DNA of 64,000 bases from Octopus sinensis (lineage: Eukaryota): the NCBI RefSeq assembly GCF_006345805.1, contig NC_043001.1:35650001-35714000 (forward strand), given 5' to 3'. Shown piece by piece: positions 38,671-52,229 of the stretch; the first letter of the stretch is position 1, and the number at the start of each line of letters is the position of its first letter. The position numbers and the translations under genes were made by a program. Under the pieces are notes generated by a model that saw only the letters and a program-made list of their open reading frames with translations, searched no databases and was not told the DNA's origin.

Positions 38671-41047
38671 CATCATATATGCTAGCCATCCTTTAATATG
38701 ATTCAGTAACATCCTCACACTCCATTGGAGCAATACTTTCCATCGTTTCTTGTTCGTTCATAATTTGTAGACATTGATCAGTTATCGTGATATGACTCCG
38801 GAGGTGGAAGCATTCATAAAATATGACTACAGTCAATCATTCGTTTCATTGGGAAATGCATTTTGGATTACCATTGTATAGCTCCTTGAAGAGAGTTTCT
38901 CTTACGCACTTTACAATTACCTCTATATACCTACCACCTTGTTACAAATCTCAGGACAATTTTCCTCAAGTTAGCTATCATCTTACAAAAAGGAAACTAG
39001 ATGTATTTAGTTTGAAATGGATTGGATGGTCTTGAAAAAACTGTTTCTGATGACGGCTGTACTTTATAACGTCTGATCAGGGTCTAAGTAAAACTATCTA
39101 TTGGTGATGTAGCGTAGGAAAAAAGAAAGAGCAGCGAATGTCAAAAGGCCTGTGTCGCTCGGTCAGAATACTATATACTTAATAAGAAGGCTATGTTTTG
39201 CAAAAATAAAGCGATAAAAAAGGAGGGCGATGAATGATCAAAAACAATCATCAGTTCTGACAGTTGTAGTCCAAAATTAGAGTAATGTATACTGTCAAAT
39301 ACTGGAATATAGTATTAAAGATGTTAGCTGTCAGTAAGAATGTACGAAATGAGATATACAACCTTGAAAGCTAAAGAATATCAGTATGAATGTTATAGAT
39401 GTAGTTCTATATCCATCATCTCGTTAGATATCTCATTCGATATTTTTACCCCCAGCAGAAGGCTGAAGTAAAATACGATGTGACATCTCTGTAATATACT
39501 CACAATATGATTATACTGTATACTGTTCTTCAACAATATCATTTTCTCTCACTTTATTCAGCTATTTATATATTAGTATCTCAAAAGTCGTATTATTTCA
39601 GTTGTCGGTAGCGAACAATATTAATAGTATTATTGTTCATATATTTGTTATCACTATTTTCATAAGGTATAAATATTTAAAATATATTTCTATAAGAATA
39701 ATTGAGTCACGCGTCGTTTATGAAAAAAGACACGAACTCGAGTTTTATTTTCTTTCTTTCTTTTTTTGCTACATTACTGAAGAATCAATTCTCTGTGATG
39801 AATTTTGCTGTCATATTTTAAAGTAATTCTAGGGAAATTAAATAGAATTATTTTTATTTAAAAGCTGTTCTAAATTTTGAAGCTTAAGAACCTTATTATA
39901 TAATCGTAATCGTGTTGCAGATATTAATCTCTTCCTTTCTAAATGTCGAAGCTTCACTCTTTCTATTATTCAAACAACCCATATATTTGCCATCCACGAA
40001 GTATTCTTTATTGCATACAGTGCAACCAGAGTTTACTATAAAATTCGACACTTTTGCAATACATTTATTGTATAGTAAAATTCTTGTTTTATATTTCACC
40101 ATCTTCTTAAGTTCGGCAACGCGAAATTTGGATTAAGGAATTGTGAGGTTAAAACATCTGATAAATAACGTGGCGCTATGTACAGTATATAGCACTCTAT
40201 CGTGATTTCTATCGAATACTCGCTTCGGCAGCCAGGCCGGGACAAAATATGTGGCGTGCAAAGTGGTGGTGTAAAATAAACACTAAATCGGTTCAAATGT
40301 TTTGAACAAATTTGACCCTTAAAGATGCAATTTTGTTACCGTTTGCTACGGGCAAAGAAGCCTCGCTAAAGGGAATGAGTGCAAAATCAGTTCAGAGCGC
40401 ACCCCATGGACTGGTGAAAAGCATTTCACGTTTTTTGTTCTCTTTTCAGTACTATATACCAAAGCAGCAGATCAAAGTGACTAGAAAACTTAGCTTTCTG
40501 ATAGGAAATTATCAAAAATTATCTACAGGTTGCGCGCTTCGGCGGCCAGGCAGAAACAATATATGAGTGGCGCGCGAATAACTGGTATAAAATAAATAAA
40601 CTTCTGATCATTTTAAATATGTTTGGAACATATCAAGCGGTTTGCCATAGAGAAAAAGTACCGCATTCGGCAGCGACCTGATAGCATTTTGGGCAATTGC
40701 CTTTAATATGAGGTCTGTTTAAAACCAAAAGGAACTGTTTGGAAATAAATAAGTTTACTCATCTGTATGGTGCTCGCCACTGTTAATACCCCACGTCGCT
40801 TTTTCAATTTTTAAAACGCGTTCTGCACTATATCTTCTGATCTAATGCGTTGTTCTCGCAGTCAAATTTCTTCGAATATTTCTATTGTTAGAAATCGATA
40901 ACGTTTTAGAGAAAAAGGTTCACATCTGGGCGGTATTGGAGCAAGGGGTAGGAACCTCGCACTTTTTCACGAATTGATACATTGCAGGCGTATTAATTGT
41001 GTGTAGAATCCATGTTCTATTTTACCACGTCTTAGTTCTATTCTTTG

Positions 41048-41345
41048 TGGAGGCAGATGACCTCGTGGTTAGAGCAGCGGACTAGCGATCGAGGGATCGC
41101 GGTTTCGAATCTTAGACCGGGCGATGTGTGTATTTATGAGCCTAACACCTAAGCTCCACGCAGCTCCGGCAGAAGGTGATGGCGAACTTCTGCTAACTCT
41201 TTCGCCACAACTTTCTCTCACTCTTTCCTCCTGCATCTTGCAGCTCACCTGCGATGGACCGGCGTCCCGTCCAGGTGGGGAACCTATACGCCAAGGAAAT
41301 CGGGAAAGCGGCCCTTATGAGCCAGGCATGGCTCGAGAAGGAACA
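41048..41345 (+). mobile_element. Family E-related tRNA-SINE with V-SINE-like tail
   Basis: GGTTTCGAATC B box, CTCTTTCGCCACAACTTTCTCTCAC body, CTGCGATGGACCGGCGTCCCGTCCAG tail. Confidence 0.8.
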
Positions 41346-42070
41346 AAAAAAAGTTCTCTTCTTTTGTTCTGCTTCTCTCAGATGCTTCATGATATTCAGG
41401 TAAAGCTCCTTCATGATCGTATAATCACTATTTTCATAAGGTATAAATTTATGACAAAGGCCACCTTTTCAATTAAAATCACTTTCATATTTCAACGACA
41501 AGGTGCTTTGCTTTCTCCTCTTTTATTTTGTAGTAGTTGTGATGATTCAAGGCTAGTGATGGAAATTTTATTACGCCATCATAGCCACACAAATCGCGCT
41601 TCTTCAAATGACAGTTTTCAGAAAGTTTTCTTCATCTTTCGGGCGCTCAAATACTGAATGGTGGACTACGAATCGGGGGGGGGGGGGGTCCTGTTTTTTT
41701 TTTTATTTACTTTTGTTCATCTAACAGTAAACACTGCGCAGTTTTTGCAGTAATTCCACGTATCATTAATTTATCTGTGAAAAATCATGTAGCACGAACC
41801 CCAACAGACGACTACATTACTTAGGGAACTTTATGTGCAATCAGAAGAATAATTCCATGGTTCACAGTGCGTACTGCCACTGTGTGACTGTTGGCCATTG
41901 CCGAAGAATTTCTTTCAGGTTCGGAATCGTCTTCCATTGACGTTCATCTCAACTTGAATTGCTGTTGATAATCGTTATCTAGTACACGGCACAAAAACTA
42001 CAACTGCTATGTTTACTAAATAAATCACAGGTTATAACATGCTGTCAGTTTCTAAAAAGAATGAAACAGT

Positions 42071-42291
42071 ACGTGTTCTCTCCTGGCGGTCGCAGTTATT
42101 ACAAGGAAGATCATCCATTTTTCAAGATATTTGGTGAGATTGGAAATTTGAATGTGAAAGTCAGAAATTATAAGGAAAAAGATGCATAGAATTCACACAT
42201 TTAAAAATTCTGGAAATTTATTTAGAAATTCTTGAAATTTACAGTCAGTGATTTTCCTTGTAATAACTGCGACCGCCAGGAGAGAACACGT
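42071..42291. mobile_element. MITE with 43-bp TIRs (one mismatch)
   Basis: ACGTGTTCTCTCCTGGCGGTCGCAGTTATTACAAGGAAGATCA and TGATTTTCCTTGTAATAACTGCGACCGCCAGGAGAGAACACGT. Confidence 0.75.
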
Positions 42292-42879
42292 TTGAAAAAT
42301 ATAGAAAAGTTTCACTAAAATATTTTCCAAATTGGAGATAGAACTTCACATACACGTCATTCGTATATTCACTCAAGTGACTGATGAATGCCTGTCGTGG
42401 AGTGATGAATACCTGCCTTTCATTAGACTGAAAGTTAAGATGACTATTATACAGAGCTGCAATCGCAAAATCGCTGATCAAACTACCGCGCTTTTATGAA
42501 AGTTCATTTTGTATTCATTTGTGTACATACATGCGTGTATGCACAAATAAATACATATATACATACGTACACACGTACATACATATATATCCTGTGAGTG
42601 GATATAGTAGACGAAAACGGAAAGAAGTCAGTCGTATATACATGTATATCTGTCTTTGTGTTTGTTGGCCATCACTGCTTGACAAAACGTTTTTGTTAGT
42701 TTACGATTTTATAACACAGTGGTTCGACAAATGATCCCGATAAAATAAACACCAGGTTTTAAAAAAGTAAGTACACGAGTCGATAAGTTTGACCCAAAAC
42801 CTTTAAGGCGATGCTCCGGCATGTCTGCAGTCTAAAGACAGAAAGAAGTAAAAGACGTACATACATACATGTGTGCAAG

Positions 42880-43150
42880 GTGCATAGCTTAGTGGTTAAA
42901 GCGTCGGACTTACAATCATGAGGTAGTGAGTTCGATTCCCAGACAGAGCTGTGTGTTGCATTCTTCAGCAATACACTTTATTTCATGTTACTCCAGCTCA
43001 CTCAGCTGTAGAAAGGAATTGCTACGTCCCTGGTGCCAAGTTGTATAGGCCTTTGCCTTTCCCTTGGATAACGTCAGTGATGTGGTGGGGGGATGCTGGT
43101 ATGTATGGACAACTGCTAGTCTTCCACAAACCGGATCTTGTCCGGATTTG
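42880..43150 (+). mobile_element. Family C SINE, diverged
   Basis: TAGCTTAGTGG, GAGTTCGATTCC, AATACACTTTATTTCATGTTACTCC. Confidence 0.75.
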
Positions 43151-43679
43151 TATACACATACATATACATACAACGTATGAATGCATATTTTTTATATATG
43201 CATATAAATACATAATATACATACACACGCACATCTATATGCAAAGTAGAAAATATACTTATATATAATGCGTTCATATATTTATGTATGCGTGTGCGCG
43301 TGCGTATGAGTGTATATAATTATATACACACATACGGCATTTAGCGTCCATTTTCCACGTACGGATGGGTTGTCAATGTCCTAGGCAATTCTTTAATACA
43401 AGAGAATCCATGTTATTTCTCTATACTCTGGTAACATGACGGAAAAATAATAATAGGATTGATATTGGGGAGTTGAATATCGTTTGTTCCATTACCAATT
43501 TTTCACTTGGCAGAAAGGTTGGTAGTGATAAATGAGAGAACGAGTAATTGACGAGAGAGTAACAATGAGGGAGAGAGAGAAAGAGAGGAGCAACAGCAAA
43601 TGGCAAATCGACAAGAATATTTTGGGCCAGAAACCCTAGAGTAGACATTACATATACTTAAACTCCATCACTGCCACAA

Positions 43680-44070
43680 TTTCTATGGTAAGAAGCTTGC
43701 TTGTCAACCACATGGTTTTGGGTTCAGTCCCCCTGCATGGAACCTGGGACAAGTGTTTTCTACTATAGTCTCGGGCCGACCAAAGCCTTGTGAATGGATT
43801 TGGTAGGCTCAAAAGGGAAGAAATCCGTCATATATAAATATATATGTATATATCTATCTGTGTGTGTCTCTCTCTGTTTGTGTTTGCGCCCACCACCACT
43901 TGACAACTGGTGGTGATATGTTTACGTACTCGTAACATAGCGGTTCGACAAACGGACCGATATAAGTACCAGGCTTCAAAAAGTAAGTCATGGGATCGTT
44001 TTCTTCAACAGAAACTCTTCGAGCTGATGCCCCAGCATGGCCGCAGTCAAATGACGGAAACGAGTAAAAG
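43680..44070 (+). mobile_element. Family A SINE, diverged
   Basis: Head through GCCGCAGTCAAATGAC tail. Confidence 0.8.
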
Positions 44071-44149
44071 GCAGAATATAAAAGATCCGTTTTGCTCTAT
44101 TGTTTGGGTTTGCTGGTAAGCCTCTCGCCAACACTTACTTGTTACCATC

Positions 44150-45140
44150 TATTAGTAGTTTATTTACATGTCTTTCGTGAGATTCATCTTCTTGAGATTA
44201 TATTTTACCAGTTCTTCACATCCTATGTGTCCCTCTTCTACGAGTTCGCTCCAGCTAGAGCGCTCGACATTCTTTTTTGCAACTGGCATCGTCCACACGC
44301 ATCACGCCGCATTTTTGCACATCTGATTCTTCATATATCCAGCTTTTCTCTTTGGTTCATTTCTGCATAGTCGTTCATAGACATTAACATAACACATCCA
44401 GTCGAGCATACTCACTTCGCTTCTTTTTAGCATTCATAAATCTTCCATTTTCAAGACCTACCATGAAGCATCACACAAGCAACATCTATCTGCCTTTCAC
44501 TCTTAGAGAGATAATAGCTCTCTGAAGTTTTTCATCCTGCAACTATATTGTCGGAACACCTATTTCTGTTAATTAAATAACCAAGGAAACAAAATCTATT
44601 AACTTCTTCTAAAGAGACTTCTGTGTACCTGAAAGTATGTATTTCGCGTGTAATCTAACTTCTCACTGATATTGTGCTTCTGCCACATATGACGTCTACT
44701 TTCGCTTTCAGACTTGTTTATGATCCCACTTCATCTTTCGCAGACTCGTACTTTTCCCTGGCTACACCATATGGAATTTCTACCCGCTACTCCTCTGCAT
44801 GTAAACCCGTCTGTGAGTGTTCAATTTCTGCCGTAAGAACTAAATCATCTGCACGCAGGCATTCGCAAACACCTCATTTTATCCTGGAAGACTACAATAT
44901 ACAGGAGATTAGAGAAATAGACTCAGATGAATATCTATCTGAAAGCTAAATTCTTCCCAGAACTCATTGCTAATTCTCACCACGCTGGCTGCATCACTCT
45001 CACATGGCCTGTTGACTAATTTTTTAAACTACCACAAGATTACGTTGTGAACCTATATCAAAAACCTTCTCCACGTTGACAAATGCTAGGTAGCATGGCT
45101 TACTTTAAGCTAAGTATTTCTGCAGTTGACATTCTTAAGA
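44150..45140 (-). mobile_element. Decayed RTE-clade LINE: reverse transcriptase and C-terminal fragments
   Basis: Minus-strand peptides YLAFVNVEKVFD (RT motif), ADDLVL at about 44836-44852 (YADD), GRNSIWC (RTE Cys-rich insert), VMRVDDASCKK and EELVKYNLKKMNLTKDM (RTE C-terminus). Confidence 0.85.
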
Positions 45141-45741
45141 AGGAACTGTGCTGAGCAACGTCTTATCTAAGCTTTACTTTTTAATCAGTTGACCTACAAT
45201 ATAAACGCATAAATGCGGATATATCTGAAGATTTATATATGTACTTGTAAAGTTATCGGTAAAACATACCATATAAACACTTTTTTCTTATTTTTAACCA
45301 ATATTTTCTTCCACTATTTCATTTATGGCATTCTGTTTTATTACCTTCAGCTCTTTGTTACCAACCATAGTACTTAGTATTTTAGAGAATTGACATTTTA
45401 GTATATAATACCAAATGGAACATTTCGTTGCTTCAAATGTTACAATTTTGTTTTGATCACTGGCCTGATTTACTTAACTGTTTATATTTTACTCCATTTG
45501 ATTTACACTTAGCAGCTCTCGGATATCTTCTAAGAATTCTTCATGTTCTTACAATACTGGTTCTGAACTATTCAATTTACAAAATGCCTATTGCATGTGA
45601 TGGATTTTCTATGATTGAACATTAAAATGTATTTTTATTATCATTAGGAGAGAGCTTGTGCTAACATAGAGTGAACATTAGAGCAAATAAACATCTGAGG
45701 CGTAATACTTATATATTCATTTATATGTGCTTATGCTGTGT

Positions 45742-46020
45742 AGGCGAAATGGCCCAGTGGTTAGGACTCGCGGTTTCGATTCTCAGACCGGGCGTTGTAT
45801 GTGTTTACTGAACGAAAACACCTAAAGCTCCACGAGGCTCCGGTAGGGGGGGGGCGACTCCTGTTGTACTCTTTCGCCCCAACTTTCTTTCACTCTTTCT
45901 TCCTGTTTCTTAAGTAACGCTGCGATGGACTGGCGTCCCGTCCAGCTGGGGGGGGGGACATACGCCATAGAAACCGGTAAATCGATCCCATGAACCTGGC
46001 TAGGCTTGAAAAGGGCGCAT
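45742..46020 (+). mobile_element. Family E-related tRNA-SINE
   Basis: TGGCCCAGTGG...GGTTTCGATTC; same body and tail as 41048. Confidence 0.8.
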
Positions 46021-46501
46021 AAAATAAGAAATGTATTATGTGCTTGCGTATGTATGTGTGTTTGTATAATGTATGTAAGTTGTGTATATGTTTATTACCA
46101 AAAACAAAACTATGCTCAAGTTTGATATTTTAGGTTGATTTCATATTATTGGATCAGTCTTGTATGGCTTGGAATATAAAAATTCCTATCCTTATAGGTT
46201 ATTCCGGATATTCCTACGTAAAAGTGTTTGTTGATAGCGTGATCTATCGAAAAAGAATTAATGATGAATAAAAACAGGGTCGTGTTTTTAATTTAAATTA
46301 AAAGTTTTCCTCAAATATAGGAATTGTACAGGTGCAGATATATTTGTGTGGTTCAGACATTCATTTCTCACACACGTGATTTAGAGTTCACTTCGCTATG
46401 CATCATCTTAAATAAGTGTCTTTCACTATAGCCCTAGGCCGACAAATGAAAGCCTTCAGTAAATTTGATAGACGAGAACTATATTAAATCTCGTCGTAAA
46501 T

Positions 46502-46839
46502 GGGAGACCCTCTTCGATCATGAATGACATTGGGATTGCACCTAGAAAGTTCCCCTCCGAGGCACAAGTCCGGGCAAGGTTGTTTATGGAAGGCCAGCAG
46601 TCGCCCATGCATACCAGCCTTCCCTCTCCACACCACGGATGTAACCCAAGGGAAATGCAAAGGCCGATACAGCTTGGCAATAATGACATCGCAACTCATT
46701 TCTACAGCTGAGGCAACTGGAGTAACATGAAATAAAGTGTCTTGCTCAAGAACACAACACGCAGCCCGGTCCGGAAATCGAACTCACAACCTCACGATCG
46801 TAAGCTCGGCGCTCCAGCCACTGAGTCATGCGCCATCAC
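46502..46839 (-). mobile_element. Family C SINE with perfect 16-bp target-site duplication, nested in an old family A head
   Basis: AAATCTCGTCGTAAAT at 46486-46501 and 46840-46855. Confidence 0.9.
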
Positions 46840-47266
46840 AAATCTCGTCGTAAATATATTTATATATTTATGCACATACTTATAGATTTATACGCGCGCG
46901 TTCTCATTTTCAACGCACGTACACCACACACAGATATATATATATATACACACATGAGTTTGGGTTGCAAAGGGCTGACTATGAAGGAGTGATGCTGGAG
47001 TTGTGAAATCTTATTGATAACTGTATTGTTTCCCTCCAGGTAAAGTGGCACATTACTGTTTAAAGAAGACTCCAGAAGTAGCTTGTAACGATTTCTGTTC
47101 AAAATGGACAAAATGTGGCATCGTGGTGCTATCAAGCACCCGTAGGAAAAGGGTCTAGCCCCCAAAGACCTTCATGCTGACATGATTGTCACAAAATGAA
47201 ATGAGTTCCAGCTTTATCAACAGCGCAAAAGTGGGTGGCTAAATTTAGGAGAAGGGATAGTTTTAA

Positions 47267-47585
47267 AGATGACCCAAGATCGCTCCAGCTAGAGCGCTCG
47301 GCACCCTTTTTGCAACTGGCATCCTCCATACGCATCACGCCGCATTTTTGCACAATATCTGATTCGTCCTATATTCAGCTTTACTCTTCGGTTCATTTCA
47401 GCTCAGTCATTCATAGACATTAATATAACACATCCAGTTGAGCATACTAACTTCATTTTAGAGATGACCCAAGATCGCTCCAGCTAGAACGCTCGGCATC
47501 CTTTTTGCAACTGGCATCCTCCATACGCATCATGTCACAGTATCGGCGCATTTTTTCACAATACATCTGATTCGTCTTATATCCG
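47267..47585 (-). mobile_element. Two tandem partial copies (period about 195 bp) of the RTE C-terminal segment
   Basis: AGATGACCCAAGATCGCTCCAGCTAGA at 47267 and 47462; homologous to 44245-44420. Confidence 0.75.
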
Positions 47586-47696
47586 AACGTCCTGCAACTG
47601 CCACCACCGAGGAAAACATTTATCGTGTTCAACATGTGGTCATAGCTGACAGGCAACTGACAATAAATCAAATAGCCAATGCTATAAGTATATCTC

Positions 47697-48453
47697 TGAC
47701 AGAGTTCAGAATAATTTGCAAAATAAAACAGGCATGACGAAGTTTCTATTCAGTGGGTGCCACATCTTCTGACATCAGATCAAAAGCGTACCAGGCTGAT
47801 CACATAGAGGAAAATCTGGCAGTGTTTGAGGCAGCTCCAGATGGTTTTTGCGGACGTTTCTTAAACCAGGATGAGTGTTGGGTTCATCGCTTTGAGCCAG
47901 AGCCAATCCATACAATGTAAACAATCCTCCTCACCTGCTTCAAAGAAGGTGATGGTCTCAGATTTTGGGGATACAAAAGGTATTGTGTTTCTTGACTAAC
48001 TTCAAAAGGGCCACAGCATCAATGAAGAATATTGTGCCAACTTGGCTGAGGCAATTACGAAAGGCTATCAAGATTAGACGCTCAGGAAAACTGACGAAAG
48101 GGGCCGTGTTTCATTAGGGCAATACTCCAATACAGAAATCAGTGCTTCCAATTGCTGCTGGGCGTGACCGTGGCTTTGAACTGGTTGATCACCTTCCATC
48201 TTCTCCTGATTTAGCCCCATCTGACAATGATCTGTTATCCAACATGAAAAAAACTCTTGGCTGGGAACTAGAATCGCAGTAATGATGCCGTCATATCTAC
48301 GGTTGATACCTTCACCAAAGGGATCCAAGCACTGCAACTTCGATGTAAAATGTGTGTGAACTGCAAGGCGAACTATGTTGAAAAATAAGCTTCATTTTGT
48401 TACATTCTGCGAGAGAATCTTTGTCTGCATATGAAGTTTACAGGCGACCCTCG
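47697..48453 (+). mobile_element. Decayed mariner (Tc1/mariner) transposon, 3' part
   Basis: WVPHLLTSDQKR (WVPHEL motif), QDECWVH (first catalytic D), FELVDHLPSSPDLAPSD (YSPDL motif), NYVEK*, and a terminal ...GCGACCCTCG typical of mariner TIR ends; several frameshifts. Confidence 0.92.
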
Positions 48454-50720
48454 CTCATGTACACGCTTTTTTTCATTTTTTATGTGTTCCAGCCAAACTG
48501 CTGTGGCTATGCTGGGGCAATGCCATTATCATAACTCTTCGATGAATGAGATCATTTCAAAATTTTGCCCTCATGTGAGTTTCTTACCGTGATACAGGTT
48601 CATCTGGGATCTTAGACAGCAGTAGATCAAGGTGCTTCTTGAAAACATCTACTCCCAATCTTTGTAGGTCCTTCGTGTATAAGTGTGCACACATATACAT
48701 GAGCATATTTTTTATCATCAGTTTCAAGCTGCATATATCTTTTTGTTAATAAATTCAATAACAATGCGTGGTTTTGGTCATATAACTCAAGGCTTTCTTG
48801 CAATGAACACATTCATACTGTAATATATAAATTTGACGACCCCTATCTGTTATAGGCACCAGGCCTGAAATTCAGGGGTGGGGAGTGAGTCGACCTCAAT
48901 GCTCAGCCGGTACTTAATCGATCAATCAGGAAAGGCTGAAATGGCAAATTCAGCATCGGTGGAAACAAAATTAATAATATAATCATTCGAACCTTTTAAA
49001 ACAACACCTGAATCCACACACACACACATGCACGAACACATATATATATATATACACATCACAAAAAGGAAATTGAAAAGTGAAAATACAGAAAAAAATT
49101 ATATACATCATAGTCAATAAAATTATGTATATATATATATATATACATATATGTATATATATGAAAAATTATTCACAAATACTCAAATCTTTACTCAGAA
49201 AAATCTCTTTTTTTGTTTTTGTTTTGTTTTCGTTTTAATTACTTAATTTCTTAACGTACCCCCCTCCACACACACAAAAAAAATTGTCCGTTTTCTTTAT
49301 GTTGTTGGTGTTGTTGTCCATTATAATAATTTTTTTGATTTTTTTTTTTGTAATTGTTTTCTTTTCTTTTCTTCTGATTGCTACATTATCATGTCAAAAA
49401 AACAAACAAGCAAACAAATCAATATATTATTTATACAATGATGATTGAAAATGAAGCAACTGATGAATGATGTTAAGTTAGATAAAAGGAAAATTACAGG
49501 AATTAATATTGAAACGTGAGTGCGGCAAGATTTGTGGAAAAGATGGCCTCTCAAATACATTTGTTTTATTTCTTTCTAGTTTTGAATTTTATATGTAACT
49601 TTGCTCCTTTTTAATTTTATCTTAGGAGTAAAGAACAAAGTGTGTCTCTGGTTTTGGTTTTTTTTTTCTTTTTCATTATACCATATACTTTGAATTGCGT
49701 AACTAATTTTAGTTAGCAACTGTTAATATATTTATAAAAAAATGTCTTCATAATAATAGTTTTGAGTCGGCACAAAGGCCTAATATATTGAAGGGAGAGA
49801 CATGGCTAGCTGTGAAGTTCGTGCCTATCTCAAAAACGAAATATTTATGGTAAAGACTTCTTACATTGGCAAGCCTAAAAAATTGTAGGAGAATGGGGAT
49901 ATATAGTAAAAGGGAGATATTTCAGTTTAGGGTTGGTACTTCATTTATCGACCACCACCAGCAAGATAGAAGGCAAAGTCGACAATAGTAGGATTTGATT
50001 TCCAAACTGACATGAGCATAGGTAATTAATGAAAGGCATAACATAGTTTGGTATGCTACGGCTATAAGGCAAGGAATAAGAATGATATCTAACTTTGGCA
50101 CAATGCCTCAATGTTTACGGAAAATTATAGTTCATTAAAGCAGACCCACTGTTAAACCAGTTTGTTTATGTATCAACACAGATGGGATTGAAAGACAAAG
50201 CTCATCAAATAAGAGTAAAATTCAGCTCATAGAGTGACTTGACTAACAAAAAAAAAACGTGAGGCTTTAAATTTGTAGCTCTAATGTTACTGCCAAAGTG
50301 TCTTCAATATCTCTGAAGACAATAGTAAACATACAAATAATGAAACAATGGAAAGAAATGGAATTGTATAGGAAAAACCCATACAATCAGAAAATAATGA
50401 GATATGTAAAATATTCTTGAAGGATGAGTTAATGAGAGTTGATTAATGAAGTTTAGTTCAATAAATTCATTGAGATGCTAATTCCGGATTGTCTTTGATA
50501 AAGGGTTACTTCAAAGGTGTTTGTTGTGTTCTTTTCAGAATATATATATATAAAAAAAAAAATTATATTATACATGCAGACATACGTGGCAATGGGAAGA
50601 TACTGAAACCTCACAATCATAGCTACTGAAACATAAACTCAAAACAAAAATCCGAACACACATAAACGTATACAAATATACATCTGTATAGACATGTATA
50701 TACATGTGAGTGTATATATG

Positions 50721-50789
<69 letters not shown>

Positions 50790-50809
50790 CATACATACAT
50801 ATATATATC

Positions 50810-50916
50810 AAAATACATAATATATACATGTATTTATGGAACAGTTATGTATTCATAGATACATATATATTTATGAATGCATGTATGCACACACACACAC
50901 ACACATATATATATAC

Positions 50917-50955
<39 letters not shown>

Positions 50956-51093
50956 CACACACATATATATGTATCCATCAGCTGCACAAATTAGATTTCT
51001 TTTGCATGTGTGTGCGTATATTTACACATACACATATATATATATACACACACATATATATGTATACACACACACACATGTATGTATATATAT

Positions 51094-51148
<55 letters not shown>

Positions 51149-51276
51149 CATACATACATATATATATCAAAATACATAAATATATACATGTATTTATGGA
51201 ACAGTTATGTATTCATAGATACATATATATTTATGAATGCATGTATGCACACACACACACACACATATATATATAC

Positions 51277-51309
<33 letters not shown>

Positions 51310-51451
51310 CATACACACACATATATGTATCCATCAGCTGCACAAATTAGATTTCTTTTGCATGTGTGTGCGTATATTTACACATACACATATATATATA
51401 TATACACACACATATATATGTATACACACACACACATGTATGTATATATAT

Positions 51452-51488
<37 letters not shown>

Positions 51489-51490
51489 AA
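50810..51490. repeat. ~360-bp tandem duplication in microsatellite-rich DNA
   Basis: TCAAAATACATAA...GTATTTATGGAACAGTTATG and CCATCAGCTGCACAAATTAG each occur twice, about 360 bp apart. Confidence 0.85.
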
Positions 51491-51537
51491 ACCATACACA
51501 TATACATATATGTGTATGTATGTATAGGGGAAGTCAT

Positions 51538-51690
51538 CATCATCATCATTATCACCTTACATAGCTAATCCCTATTGGCTTAGGTTGGACGGTGTGAGAT
51601 GATCTGACAGGTTCAAAGATAGCATCATGTTCCATTATATCCTTGGACATTGCTTCTATGGCTAGATGCCCTTCCTAGCTCCAATCACGT
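51538..51690 (-). mobile_element. RTE-type 3' tail fragment with (GAT)n end
   Basis: Diverged reverse complement of the tail at 59460-59600 (AGGAAGGGCA...CAAACC.TC.AACC). Confidence 0.5.
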
Positions 51691-52135
51691 TCGATCATAT
51701 TCTCAGTGCACCTTTTTATACCATCAGCACAACTGCTCTCAGCAATTATGTTGCATAACTAAACAAGAACAACAAGGAAGATAGATGAGGTCTTAATACA
51801 CAGGGGAAGAAGCCAGATATGAACAGATTTCTTGCTGTAGAGGAGTTCAAAGTTTGTCACACACGTATATTTATATATTCACATGTGAGCATAAATTTTA
51901 TAATACATGTGTATAGGTAAATATATCGTATACATGTATTAATATACACATGCACACATATATACATATATATTCATACATACATGCACATATAGTCATT
52001 CACACACATATCTTTATTCATACATGATATATATATATATATACATGTATGAATAATATATATATATATATACACATACATAATATATAGATATTATATA
52101 TATATATATATATATATTATGAATATGAATATATA

Positions 52136-52167
<32 letters not shown>

Positions 52168-52175
52168 TATGAATA

Positions 52176-52229
<54 letters not shown>

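Noticed and set aside
40218-40232. CTCGCTTCGGCAGC matches the 5' stem-loop of U6 snRNA
   Set aside because: Match stops after about 14 nt, no ACAGAGA box follows, and the motif recurs locally as part of a repeat.
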